From Mytilus edulis (Eukaryota): DNA of 64,000 bases. Where the stretch lies: positions 32,674,001 through 32,738,000 of the forward strand of contig NC_092344.1 in assembly GCF_963676685.1 (NCBI RefSeq), given 5' to 3'. Of the stretch, positions 14,401 through 26,400 are shown one piece after another. Position 1 is the first letter of the stretch. Every line of letters starts with the position of its first letter. The translations under genes and the position numbers were made by a program. The notes beneath the pieces were generated by a model, which had not been told where the DNA came from, searched no databases, and saw nothing but the letters and a program-made list of their open reading frames with translations.

Positions 14401-17400
14401 TTCTTCAAAATCAGAACCAACAGAAACATCCAAGTCATCAGCAAAGTTACAAACTATTAAATCATTACCAACAACATTTGACATTTCCCAGACACCAAGA
14501 TCAAAAATCCAAAAATCAACACAGAAACTAGGAAAACCTGAAAGACGTTTATCACATGTCTTGGGTATGTACTTCTGATACATTTTTATTCATAAGTTAC
14601 AATTTTTTGTGGACTTCGTTGGTTTAGACGAAGTAGAAATTTAAATTTAAATTTTTATGAAAGAAAAGACATTTTTTTTTCAACTCAACATTATACATAT
14701 TATGTTATTTTTATATAGAAAATAAGCATTATGTTTGCTTCTGAAATATTAGTGCATAGGAACAAAAAATAAGATATTATACAGAGAGATCCTTAAGAGA
14801 AATTGTTAAAAAAAACCATTTAATTAACCTTCTTTGTTTTTTGTTTTTTGTTTTTTGTTCTTTGTTAGTCTGTTTCTTAATTTTTTCATTTCGATTGTTT
14901 CACATTATGTCATGCTAGGGACATTTACAGCGTACTCCATAGTACGGGATTTGCTCATTGTTAAAAACTATATGTGACCAATATTTGTTCATATCCTTGT
15001 CCTATGGTTTTTAATTTATGGCATACATTACACAACTTTTATATTCACTTGAATGTGTATTTAAGCCTCAAATGTTTATTTCATGAAGATGTCTATATAC
15101 CTTTTTTACATTTTTTTTCCCACTGATTTAATTTTATTTTATAAAAAAAAGCTTTTATAAAAGATTGAAATTAAAATTCTATAATACTGCTTGATTTTAT
15201 AGAACAGTGTCTTTAATAAAGTCTTCCAAACAATCTGCTCTTTGGTCGGGTTGTTGTTTCTTTGACATAATCCCCATTTCCATTCTCTTTAAAGTTTGGA
15301 GACTTTCATGGTTATCCTAAGGGCTTACCTATCTATTTTGAAATGAAAATATCGATTTAGTATTCCAAAAAGCTAGAACACATTGTTGCATGTGTTATTG
15401 TTATGGGTATACATGTACTATAATTATAGATTATAGTTGATCGTCTCAACAAGATTGATTTTCTCGCTTGAGCCGGGACGGTGAACGTGAGAAAGGCAAT
15501 CGAGTTGAGATGACCAATGATAATCTGTTTATCGCTATTTTACCTATGGCCACCTTGTTAATTTCATGTCAATTTCGCTAGCAACGCCACGTGCCTGCTT
15601 AGTTTCTAGCGATAATTTTCCATCTCAAGTGAGTAGCATATGAAAAATTATCACAAAAAAAAGATCTAAGGAAAAATGCACAAAATAGCAATAATTTATA
15701 AATATTTTTAATTTGATTTTCAGGAGATGACAATTGTGATGCTGGTATTAAAAGAGAAGGTTCATATCATGTGCCTTCTACCATAAACGTTGAGACTTTT
15801 ATTCCTGAATATAGAAAATCACTTGTTTCTAGACCAATAGATTTGAATGCTGATGACTGTAATGTTTCTGTAGTAACATTTGATTTAGAAACTACAGGTT
15901 TTGGTAAGCTTAATTAATCATAGGTGGACCCAGCAGTGCCCCTCCCCCTTTTGTGGAAAAAAAATCGGATGATTATTTCAGGATTATCTAAAGCATGACT
16001 ACTGGAGCCCCAACCCCCCCTTTATGAAAAGTTCTGTATCCACCAATGGTAATTATTAGATTCTGCAGACTTTTTGGTCATTGATGGACTAGGAAGGTGA
16101 TCTACATTTACCTGAGAGGATATCAATTAATATTTATTTACAGCAGAGTGTTAAATTAGTATCAGGGAACAACCATTTGATGTTATAGTGGGTGCAAGAG
16201 GATTTTTCATGGATAGAATGCTCATTTCCATTTCATTTTGGTTTTATATGCAATTATTTCCTGCATTTTTTTCAGGCCAGAATATGTATTTCAAAAAACC
16301 CTTCTGCACACCCTCTCAGTCAATAGGTTGTCCCCAAAAACAGATCTACATTAGATGTTACAGATGGTATAGATAAATTTAAACTTAAAGACCATCAAAA
16401 TTCCACCAACACCTTGATAGTTGTCATGGTGATTTATTTTGCTAAAATACCACCAAACTCTAATATACATGTATAGTGGATGTGATTTACTTCACCAAAA
16501 TACCACCAACACTTTGATATATAGTGGATGTGATTTACTTCGCCATTATACCACCAACACTTTGATATTATAGTGGATGTGATTTACTTTGCCAAAAAAT
16601 ACAATGTTTATAATATGTGTTCATTCTTTTTGTGAAGAATAATGAACTTACCAGTACATATAAATTGATAAGTTAGCTACGGTACTAAAAATGGTGTTTA
16701 TCTCTTCATTAATATTTTGATAGGATGCAACAAACACAACCTGTATCAAAAAAAAATAATATGGAAGGGTTTGAAAGTTATATTTTAGTTAATTTGATTG
16801 GTTACAATGGATTAAACATTTTTATTAAAAGATATGTCATTTCTTTATAAAATTTAGCTATCTTTGAAATATTTCTTTTTTTAGGTAATAATGCAGATAT
16901 TGTTCAAATATGTGCTGAAGTTGTTGAGATAACATCACAAATTGTAGACAAGGAGTTCCAAATATTCAAGGAATATATATTACCAACCAAACCAATGGAT
17001 CCAAAAGCTTCTGAAGTTACAGGCTTATATAGTGATGGCCGCTTTCTATATTATAAAGGACAGAAACTTAACACTTTGTCAAAATTTGTGGGTCTAGAAA
17101 AATTCATAAAATGGCTTCCACATAAAGCAGTCCTAGTTGCTCATAACTGTAAAATTTTTGACTCTAAAATTATTGTTGCACAACTGAGCTCAGTGAATCT
17201 CGTGAATGAATTTCATCGCAAAGTTTCTGGTTTTTCAGATTCACTTCACATATTTAAACAAAAATATCCTGGTAGGAAGTCTTATAAACAAGAAAATCTT
17301 GTAAAAGATATTTTAAAAAGAAGTTATAATGCTCACAATGCAGTGGATGATGTACAACTCTTGAACATATTGATGAAAAACTCGCAAGTCAGTCTTCAAG

Positions 17401-17711
17401 ATATCATAAATCACAGTTTTACTGTAGAGTATGTTCAGAGTTATCTTACAGAATTTAGATGTAAAGAAACACGACTTAAAACATTCAAACCTGTTTATAT
17501 GTCTGATGAACCAGTAATGTCAAAGTCTTTATGCGAGAGAGCAGCAAAGAGTGGACTGAAATTAAGACACTTGCATTTAGCTATATCTCGTGATGATTTT
17601 GATGGTCTTCGTAAACTTTTTAGTGAAATAGATGATGATGGGAATGTGAGAGTAACTAAAATGAATAGAATCATCAAAAATGTGTACAATTTTTTAACTG
17701 AAATGAAATAA
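747..17711 (+). CDS. NUP153-N-terminus-like / FG-repeat / DEDDh exonuclease (PML-C-like) fusion protein, about 1411 aa, 12 coding exons
   Basis: Phase-compatible GT-AG exons: 747-800 (exon probably starts at 681), 2871-2984, 3365-3472, 7551-7800, 9263-9397 (alternative donor 9382), 9870-9982, 10327-10452, 10695-10817, 11447-11600, 12513-14564, 15724-15903, 16885-17711. Sum is 4236 nt and open throughout. The N-terminal motifs are colinear with NUP153, and ExoI/II/III motifs lie at the C-terminus. The true start could lie upstream of 681. Confidence 0.8.
1078..1238. mobile_element. Short MITE with GGCGGATCCAG inverted ends (degenerate relatives at about 15918-16050 and 43460-43590)
   Basis: aggcggatccag ... 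ctggatccgccact; the interior gaatcactga-gcatgactggagc-cccttatgaaaa is shared among the three copies. Confidence 0.6.
1350..1819. mobile_element. Helentron-associated non-autonomous element (HINE/DINE-like)
   Basis: Subterminal inverted repeat ATACGCCCGTCA (1355) / TGACGGGCGTAT (1781), T-rich ends, internal degenerate tandem repeats and a short 3' palindrome. Confidence 0.65.
2094..2848. mobile_element. MITE with long TIRs, TACTGTG...CACAGTA ends (Tc1/mariner-like)
   Basis: tactgtgaaagtacttt-attcgtggg at the left end mirrors cccacgaattaaagtactttcacagta at the right end. Confidence 0.8.
2871..2984 (+). CDS. Exon encoding NUP153-like amphipathic helix, copy 1 (SIFRTVKDLITPKWLSRLF...)
   Basis: Acceptor ttttcag at 2864-2870 and donor gtattt at 2985; 114 nt, phase 0-0, no stop. 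Confidence 0.7.
3365..3472 (+). CDS. Exon encoding NUP153-like amphipathic helix, copy 2 (SIFGSLKDLLTPSWLTRYI...)
   Basis: Polypyrimidine tract plus cag ending at 3364; AAG|gtataa donor; 108 nt, phase 0-0. Confidence 0.75.
3879..4550. mobile_element. Two inverted copies of a high-copy retroelement-end repeat, with a small hairpin MITE inserted at about 4321-4428
   Basis: 3879-4037 is the reverse complement of 4059-4216. Related fragments occur at about 8700-8955, 23825-24030, 30370-30505, 40770-41050, 41650-41780 and 44545-44730. Confidence 0.65.
5319..7335. mobile_element. Helentron-associated element (HINE) with (GTC)n microsatellite and internal tandem arrays
   Basis: Perfect 14-bp subTIR TTTATACGACCGCA (5321) / TGCGGTCGTATAAA (7298); (GTC)n at about 5377-5430; four units of about 160 bp at 5451-6060; further 130-145-bp repeats; 3' hairpin gctacgccctgcggagc. 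Confidence 0.8.
8981..9198. mobile_element. TACTG...CAGTA MITE (second copy at 20984-21211)
   Basis: Imperfect TIR tactgaaaatttagaaatt / aatttttgaatttacagta; homologous interior at 20984-21211. Confidence 0.65.
11714..11900. mobile_element. TACTGTGGATTCATT MITE (second copy at 55049-55260)
   Basis: TIR tactgtggattcattta / taaatgaatccacggta; related to the 2094-2848 family. Confidence 0.65.
12513..14564 (+). CDS. Large Ser/Thr/Pro-rich exon with degenerate FG repeats (nucleoporin-like low-complexity region)
   Basis: Core of ORF 12401-14578; acceptor tttctag at 12512 and donor G|gtatgt at 14565; about 11 FG dipeptides (PAFGT, TFG, VFG). Confidence 0.85.
13440..13770 (+). repeat. Coding 60-nt (20-aa) tandem repeat, STPAFGTHLTSAQRSSTSLI type
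   Basis: ccagcatttggaacac recurs with a 60-nt period; degenerate copies extend back to about 12960. Confidence 0.85.
15420..15695. mobile_element. Foldback element with a long internal hairpin (Crypton-like non-autonomous, by inference)
   Basis: agattatagttgatcgtctcaac...gttgagatgaccaatgataatct arms around a GC-rich loop; same architecture at about 11060-11220, 32787-32938 and 47668-47811. Confidence 0.5.
15724..17711 (+). CDS. DEDDh (DnaQ-like) 3'-5' exonuclease domain plus PML C-terminal-like helical extension; exons 15724-15903 and 16885-17711
   Basis: ExoI VTFDLETTGF|GNNADIVQI is split by a phase-1 intron; ExoII LVAHNCKIFDSKI; ExoIII AHNAVDDVQLL; C-terminal ...AKSGLKLRHL...DGLRKLFSE...VRVTK extension. 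Confidence 0.9.
16400..16600. repeat. About 45-bp intronic minisatellite
   Basis: taccaccaacactttgatatatagtggatgtgatttactt repeated about 4 times. Confidence 0.7.
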
Positions 17712-19639
17712 ATAGATATATTTATATCGTTAGCTTCACTTTTCAATGGAAAAGAGACATGGTGTGTAAATTCATGACAAAAACAACTACACACACACAC
17801 ACTTTACAAAACAAACGAAAAGAAAACAGTGTTTTTTTTGCTGTTCTTCATCTCGAGATCACAGAGAGGCCTTCTTCATACAACAAACCATCATCCTCAT
17901 TGAAATTGAAAACTGATCCAAGCACTAGTTGGAAGAAATTTCTTTGCCAGATGTAGATTGCACTAGTTTGTGTGCATTGATCTCATTTTGCTTTTTCTTT
18001 GTCCATAATCATAAAACATCGAGTTACATAAATCCTTACATTTGTCTGAACTGTAAACACCTTTAACCTATCAAGTCAAGTGTGGTAAAATTGGTTGAGT
18101 GGTTACAGATAGATAGTTTTGTCCCCCACGTAATGAGTTGCATGGGACATAAAAATACCAGGCATTCCAGTCTTGTATTATTTTTTTAAGTTAACGGCAA
18201 TAAAGATGAACACCATGTGAAGGCAATAGCCCACATGGCCTATAGAAATATGTAAACTGACAATCTTACAAAATCCTTCATCAAACCATCTGAATTCTTT
18301 TATGGGTTATAACCCCAGAACTGTAAATTGATTTGATACCACTGGAAATTTAACTTGACCTGCATTTTATGGCTGATTGCAATGCTACAATGTAGAATAT
18401 TCTAGCTCTTAGCAAACGTATGTAATACTGAAACAATTCTACCATTTTGAGATAAACAGTGCATGCAAACCTCTAGAATGGTAAATTGTTTCAATAGTGA
18501 AGATCAAATTTCTCCTGCATTCCATAAAAAATATGTATTGGAGGGTATTGTACGATTTTAATTAAAAATAAACTTTCAAATAATTGTCAGACAACAATTT
18601 AAAATCAGATGAAAACAGCCAAAGTGGCAATCTATAATTCCCTAGACATTGCTCTCAATCCTTGTACTGAATTCCACTGAAATTTTGCTCACCTTCATAT
18701 TCTTATCGTCAGACTATACGGACAGTATACCAAAATGCAATTGTTTACCAAGTCATTAAGTGTGTTATACGAACATGGACACAGATGCTACTAGTACTAT
18801 AACAGTGGTCTTCACAATTAACTTATTTGTTAGGTCTGGTGATCTCTGGTCATAAATAAAACATATATTTTACAGTATTTTATTGTTTTCCCACAGATAA
18901 AATGTGAACAATGGAATTAAAAACACTATAGAATAACATCCAACATCACATTTTTATAAACAATGAAAATGTTTAATACATTTGTGTGAAGCACTGAGCA
19001 ATACTAGTCTTGTTAGTAGCATATACTTACAGATTAACTACTTTTAACCTGAAAGTAAATTTCATGACTTAAATATGCAGGTACACTACAAATTCTGCAA
19101 CTAAATAAAAACTAAGGTTAACAAAAATTTTGTTTAACTACATAGCTAACTAATTGTGCAATTCTCAAGAATCTCTACTGGTTGCTGAAAAAATATGAAT
19201 GGAGAACATATATTTTGAGGCATATCTGGCCTTGCCAATCAACAAAAATTCTGTGCTGGGTTATTTACTTTGATGCCATTTGTCTGATTTTTACCACAAA
19301 TAGGAAGATTTTAGGAACATAGGTGCAGATATGTGTTACCGTAAATATTTTATCAAATATACACAAATTAAAATTAACTTTTGTCAATGAAATTTTCAAC
19401 TACGGTAAATGTTCTTTAAACTTTTTAGAAAATTTAATCTCAAAACGTTATTTCTTCTCATTACATGTTTTTACACAACACATAGAGCTTTATCTTCGAC
19501 ATATGTATATGTTCAATATAAACAGAAATAAAATTTAAATGGACCTAAAAATACATCATAAAGTTGTGTTAAATTAGTTGAATTCAACTTGATACTGGTA
19601 ACAAAAATCTAGAAAAATTTCCTGTATGTATTTCGAATA

Positions 19640-20070
19640 AGTTATACACATGTATTCATCAAACAGAAAGTAACATATCATTAATACACTTGTATTTCAT
19701 CAAACAGAAGGTTATACATAAATAATACAATTTTATTCATCAAAGCAAAGGTTACATATAAATAATACACTTAAATTCATTAAACAGAAAGTAACATATA
19801 AATAATGCACTTGTATACATCAAACAGAAAGTTAAACATAAATATTAAACACTTGTTTCCATTAAACACATGGCTACACATCAATAATCTCATGCCATAT
19901 TTCACACATTCCAAATTTATGATAACACACTTGACCTTGGATAAGTTGAATACTTTTAACAGGTCACTTTCACTTTGACATATATGTTTTGAATGTATAT
20001 ACTACACTTGTATTCATCAAACAGAAGGTAACATATGAATAACACATTTGTATTAAAAAAACAATGTTTA
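19640..20070. repeat. About 38-bp degenerate minisatellite, probably within the YIPF 3' UTR
   Basis: acacttgtattcatcaaacagaaggttacatataaataat-like units. Confidence 0.65.
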
Positions 20071-20400
20071 ACAGACTCAGATATTGAGTACCTGGTAAAC
20101 TGCAAGTAGGATATAAACAAGTCCTTATTTGTAGTTCCCAAAAATACAACAGAAAAGAGTTCTGTAGTTAAAACATGATCACATCAATCAGATTTCTTTC
20201 CTTGGAATGTCTAGAGTAAGACACTATTACATATACATACAGAAGTTACTTTCTTTCATGCAGAAATTCTATGGATTTCTTACGATCAATTCTAAGTGGT
20301 TTATACCTATGGCATATAAAGCTGTAAGTACAGTCACATGATTATTTGTTGATCATTTTACATTACCCCCTAAACAAAGATATACATAAGATAAATTAAG

Positions 20401-23400
20401 TTATCCATTATTTGATGAAGATCGTTTTACTGGTGGTGCACTTTTTGCATTTGGGGTGCTTATACTACTCTTTTGAGGAGTAGTTATTTTTTTCAGTGCT
20501 TCTTTTCCATTGCCAGCATCTTTTAAATTATTTCCATCATTTTTCTTCTTTTCTTGTACATTTTGTGGCTCTTTAGTTGTAGGAAAATTAATTTCCTTTA
20601 TAAGTTGTTTCAGTGGTAAAGGTGTTGGGTGGATCTTGAGATTTAGTGGTGTTGTTGTATTAGTTCCTAATTCTCCATTGTTTGACTGAGGAATGTGGAA
20701 AAAGTACAACTGAAATAAATATTTAAATATACATGTAATTAAATTCTTTACATAGCAATATAACAAATACTGCAAATTGATAAATTTTCTCAAGAATTTA
20801 TTTACAACTTTAACAAATAACACAAACTTATATTGCCATCATTATTTCAAACTTGGATCTTCTCTTATAATGGTATATTACCAAAAGTTATATATCATTT
20901 AAATAAATCACCTGAAATCTGCAAGAAAATGCTAAATATGACAGAAGATATTTATTCCAAAGATAATGTCAGTGGAAATGTGTATACTGTAAATTCAGAA
21001 ATTATTGCAATGTTTTTATTATTGCAAAAAATGAGATTGGGTTATAATCACAATAATCAAAACTAAAAAAAAATATTTTTCTATATGTATTAAACAGGAT
21101 TTTTCTCAATTTCACAAAATTAAATTCGCATTTTAGTCTAAAATGACAAATTTTAAATACTTATTTTATTCGTAATAATAAATGCACACAATAATTTCTG
21201 AATTTACAGTATATGGCGACTGCTAAAACACTATAAAGTGCATTCATCAGTTATCAGGTAAAGCAAAATGTAATCATTTTTTTATGTCAAGAGTGCTCTC
21301 ATGAAGTTTATAATGTAAGTTTGTTGGAGTTTGTACAAAAAAACGTCTTCATTAATTTCGTTTAACATAATAAAGAAAATAAGGGAGGGTACGTTTCTCT
21401 GAGTTGATTATGCAGAAGAATCTACAAAAGTTAATTTAAATTCCAAAAAAGAATAATGAAGCTTTAAAAATTTAGCCCTGTCTGTAAGTTAAAGTGTAAC
21501 TGTAAAATAAAAGTCAATCAATCTATCTCACTGCAGGTAAATTATCATGTGATTGGTTTAACGCTGTCACATGGTGACCCCTATTAACCTGTAGGGGATT
21601 AGTAAATTTCATATATTTGATGTTTACTTTTAATGGTAACCTCATCTAGTAATGTTCATAAGTTTCATTGTTTATTTTTCCTAAAAAAATCACTTATGCA
21701 ATAGGGGGTCAGTAGCGAACAATATAACTTATATTATCGCACTGTGGGTAAATAATAAAAGTTGTAATTTGTTTAACACCGTCACTTCGAGACCCCCTAT
21801 GGATCCGTAGAAGGTTAGTAAATTTCATATGGGGCCATTTGCGAACCATATAACTTATAATATACTGTATCATATTACAAGTAATAAGTTTACCTTAAAT
21901 CCTACTGCTAATGAAGCATGAAGTAAAAATATGATCACAATCAAAGCCCAGGTATACTTCTTTGTAGATTCTCTTACAGCAGGTAAAAATATAAATACTA
22001 ATACTCCTCCTGATAAAACAGTCCCTAGTATAACTAACAACCATTGGAACCAGTTAAACTGTACCACCCATAATATCTACAAAATAAAACAGTAGACTGT
22101 AATAACAATAAAATCTACAATAGAATCTAATTAATATATACCACCCATGATATCTACAAGAATATACTCATTAAACTGAAGTTCCCATGACATCAACAAA
22201 ATGAATAGATATAATATTTCACATTGTAGGAAATTATAAAATTAAGGAAGAAAAGTGACATGCATGAAGTTTGAGGTTGCAGTTTAGTTTATATCTGTTT
22301 TATTGTTGTTGTTTTTTCGTAAATTGTTTTATCTTAAATTAGGCCCAATCACTAAATGTTTCGTATGTCCTTATTCAGTCAAGTGTACGTCAATCTGAAG
22401 GAAAAGTAATCTTGATTCATTACAAAAATGTACTACCTTTAGATATGGCATACATAAAAAATTGAATTTTTATAAAGGGTCTCCTTATGATCATTCATAT
22501 CAAGTTTGAAAAGACTGGTGATGTATGGTAGTTCAGGAAAAATATTATAACTGACAAAATATGATATACTATAACACAATGATTTGAAAGTACATTCCAT
22601 ACATTATTCCTACTTAATTTGTTAAAGGAGTAGGTAAGGACCGATTTTGGCCTCAAATTTCAGGATCATCTGACGAAAAATTTTGACCTCTTTTTTAACA
22701 CTTAAGTATCTATTTCATTTGATTAAATTAGATTATGTGAACAATTTTAACTAATTTAGTCATTAAAAATGATCCGATTCAAGCTCAAATATGAAAAATC
22801 TACCAAATATGCCATAAAATGTCACTTTTCAGATGGTTTTTGTCAAAAATGAAAGTGGCCGCAACCGTGTTCATCCTCAACCTTTATATATATTATGTAA
22901 TATCATAAAATACAAAGTACATTTCAATATTAAGGATGAACACGAATGCGGCCACTTTCGTTTTACACGGAAACCGTCTAAAATTTAACTAAAATGCTAG
23001 AATTGTGAAGATTTCAGTAATTTAGCATGACTTAATGGTGCTAGTACCCGATATATGTGCATTCCATTGTCAAAAACAGCCCATTTTTGTGTAGCAGAAG
23101 CATTTTACTATCCAATAAATAATAAAATTTTTACATTTTAACAATTTTGTAAAACTGCTATATTTTTGGGCCAAAAAGGGGTCTTACTGGACCTACTCCT
23201 TTGTGGAGATGATAAAATCTTTGAAGTCAACAGATAATTGGATGAAAGACACATAGTATTGGCAATCACTCATTGAGACAAATGAACTAAAATACTCAAT
23301 TTCATGGCATTAAAAAAACTGTGATGATTTGATGAAGGACAAAAAATGAACAGCTACAAGTTCATTAATTTTCAAGAAGTCATATTTCTGTTTCATCTAA

Positions 23401-26400
23401 ATATATGTCACAAAAAATGATGGGTTTGTGTTTTAACGTCAAGTGGCAATTATAATATGTATATCAGAGAACAAGAAAATGTTGACTTACTGATATAGGA
23501 ATAAAAATAGCAAGTGAGTAACCATAAACACATAAGATTTCTAGGAATGTATATCCAATCTGATTCCCTGACCACCAAAGAAATCCAAAAATAACTCCAG
23601 GGAGAATCCACCAATAGCTAAATATAGCTGTAGCAGCAAATGATACTGAAAAAATAAAATAATTCTGTAAACAACTAATTTTAGTAGATCCTTTTTGCAT
23701 TTAGTTCTAGCTGACTAAGCAGAGATTTATTTTAAGGATTTACCCACTTCCTAGACAAATATATAAATACAAGTGAAGATCGATTTAAAAATAATAAAAT
23801 TTCTAGTTTCTTGATTTTATATAGATTAGACTATTGGTTTTCCTGTTTGAATTGTTTACACTAGTCATTTTGGGGCCCTATATAGCTTGCTGTTGAGTGT
23901 GAGCTAAGGCTCTATGTTGAAGGCTGTACTTTGACCTATAATAATAATGGTTTTCTTTTTACATATATATATTGTGACTCAGATGGATATAGTTGTCTCA
24001 TTGCCACTCCTATGACATCTTTTTATCTACATTGTTACGATTATATATTAACTACTTTTTCCTACTACATATAGACAAAACGAACATGTTAAAAGTTCAG
24101 AGTAAATGTCATGTACATTAAACAAAATGAAAAATACAACCAGAAAACTGATTCAACATTGATTTTTCCAATGTCAGTTTGAAAGAGACAAAATGCTATG
24201 CAAAAAAAAGAAATAATCAGTATACATAACAATACAACTCTGATGTTTACCTTTGTGAAAATCATATTTCCAGTTATAATCTGCAGAACTACCCATAGAT
24301 AGATAATTGGCTAGGTTGCCAGCTATAGCTGTGGTAAACACTAATGTTGTACAGATCCAGAATGGTCCTAAAATGAAAATATCAGGTTGATTTTATGTTT
24401 ATTCAGTGCAAAATTTCAGAGGTAACAATATTGGTATTTCTAATTTCCTTTTATTAATTCCATTTACTTACAAATTCTTAAAGCTATGAAATCTCAAGTT
24501 TCTAACAAAAGTAATGTTTTCTCATGAAAAAAAATTCTTTTACTGTCATTTTTGTTTTCATCCCTTTCCAAATTTAAAGTTGTCTGCCTAGATTTACCAC
24601 ATATTGATTGTACTTTAAAGCAGGATCTGAAATATGCTGGATATCGGGTCAGAGTAGCTCATAAAACCCAGTGTGGAGGCACTAGTTAAAAATTTGAAGG
24701 TTACAAGTTTTCATATTGTGTAAATTAGTCTAAAGGTTAAACTTAAACAAACAAAAATTGGCAGAAATTTTCAAAAGATATAAAAGCACCAATATGAAGA
24801 TGTTGATTTCAAAGTAGAAACTTCTATTTTACCATATAAATCAGGATTTGGTCTGATTTTTGTTTTCAGATAATTCCTGTTTGGATGTGGAAACATAGAT
24901 CCTAATACTCTCTGTAGCACATCTTTACTTTCTACATCAAAAAATTGTTGATAATACTCAAATGTCCAGAATGACACTTTTGATTCTGTTTTTTCTTCTT
25001 TGAGAAGCTGAAGATGAAAGAAGAGTTACTAAGTTCTTATAAAAACTTAAGCTGCACAGCTTTTAGTAAGTCACATAATCTTGGGTCACATAATAATTTA
25101 ATTATATATATATGGAACTAATCAACAGAATTATCTTTTCTTATAACATCTTATATGAGTTCAAATTTTCAAACTGATAATTTACTTGAAAAGTCCTCAC
25201 TCTGAACACATTTGCAATTTTTGTTTTTTAATGTAATTTCAACAATAATTCTAAACAACATGATCAACTTCACACCTTATTGCTTTGAAAAGTATACTTT
25301 GTTCCAAATTTTGTTGTTCTTTCATAAAAAAAATTTTTGTTGCAAAATACTGGTTCTTTCTTTGCTGAAATATTCTATTATTTTTACCATTTACCATTTA
25401 GAGTTGAGTAAAATAAAAGTTCAAATGCTTCTGTTTTGTCTTTTTAAATCAGATTTATAGAATACATGTTTTTATTTGCTACATGTATCTTCTTAGAAAT
25501 GTAGAAGATTTTTCTATGTTGAACGGTATCTAGTGGAGAGTACCGGTAATCTCAATAACATGCTTAGCAAGCAACAATCAATCAATCATGACAATTTCAA
25601 TTTTGAAATCAGACTGACATTCTTCGTGTACCTCAGATTTATCATACATAGTAATTAGTTCCAATAAGAATTTAGACTGATATTGATCACGAATTCAGAC
25701 TGACATTGGTCACTAATTCAGACTGACATTTATCACTAATTCAGACATGTATTGACCACTTATTCAGACTGACATTTGTCACTAATTCAGACATGTATTG
25801 ACCACTAATTCAGACTGACATTTGTCACTAATTCAGACATGTATTGATCACGAATTCAGACTGACATTTGTCACTAATTCAGACATGTATTGACCACTAA
25901 TTCAGACTGACATTAGTCACTAATTCAGACATGTATTGATCACGAATTCAGACTGACATTTGTCACTAATTAAGACATGTATTGACCACTAATTCAGACT
26001 AACATTGGTCACTAATTCAGACATGTATTGATCACAAATTCAGACTGACATTTGTCACTAATTAAGACATGTATTGACCACTAATTCAGACTAACATTGG
26101 TCACTAATTCAGACATGTATTGATCACAAATTCAGACTGACATTTGTCACAAATTCAGACATGTATTGACCACTAATTCAGACTGACATTTGTCACTTAT
26201 TCAAACATGTATTGACCACTAATTCAGACTGACATTGGTCACTAATTCAGACATGTATTGGTCACTAATTCAGACTGATATTGGTCACTAATTCAGGCAT
26301 GTATTGACCACTTATTCAGACTAACATTTATCACTAATTCAGACATGTATTGACCACTAATTCAGACTAACATTGGTCACTAATTCAGACATGTATTGAC

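Noticed and set aside
747-14564. Canonical NUP153 gene
   Set aside because: The motifs are degenerate, no RanBP2 zinc fingers or dense FxFG array were found, and the frame continues into an exonuclease. No gene symbol assigned.
13071-14583. Minus-strand ORFs (70-147 aa)
   Set aside because: Antisense shadows of the repetitive Ser/Thr exon.
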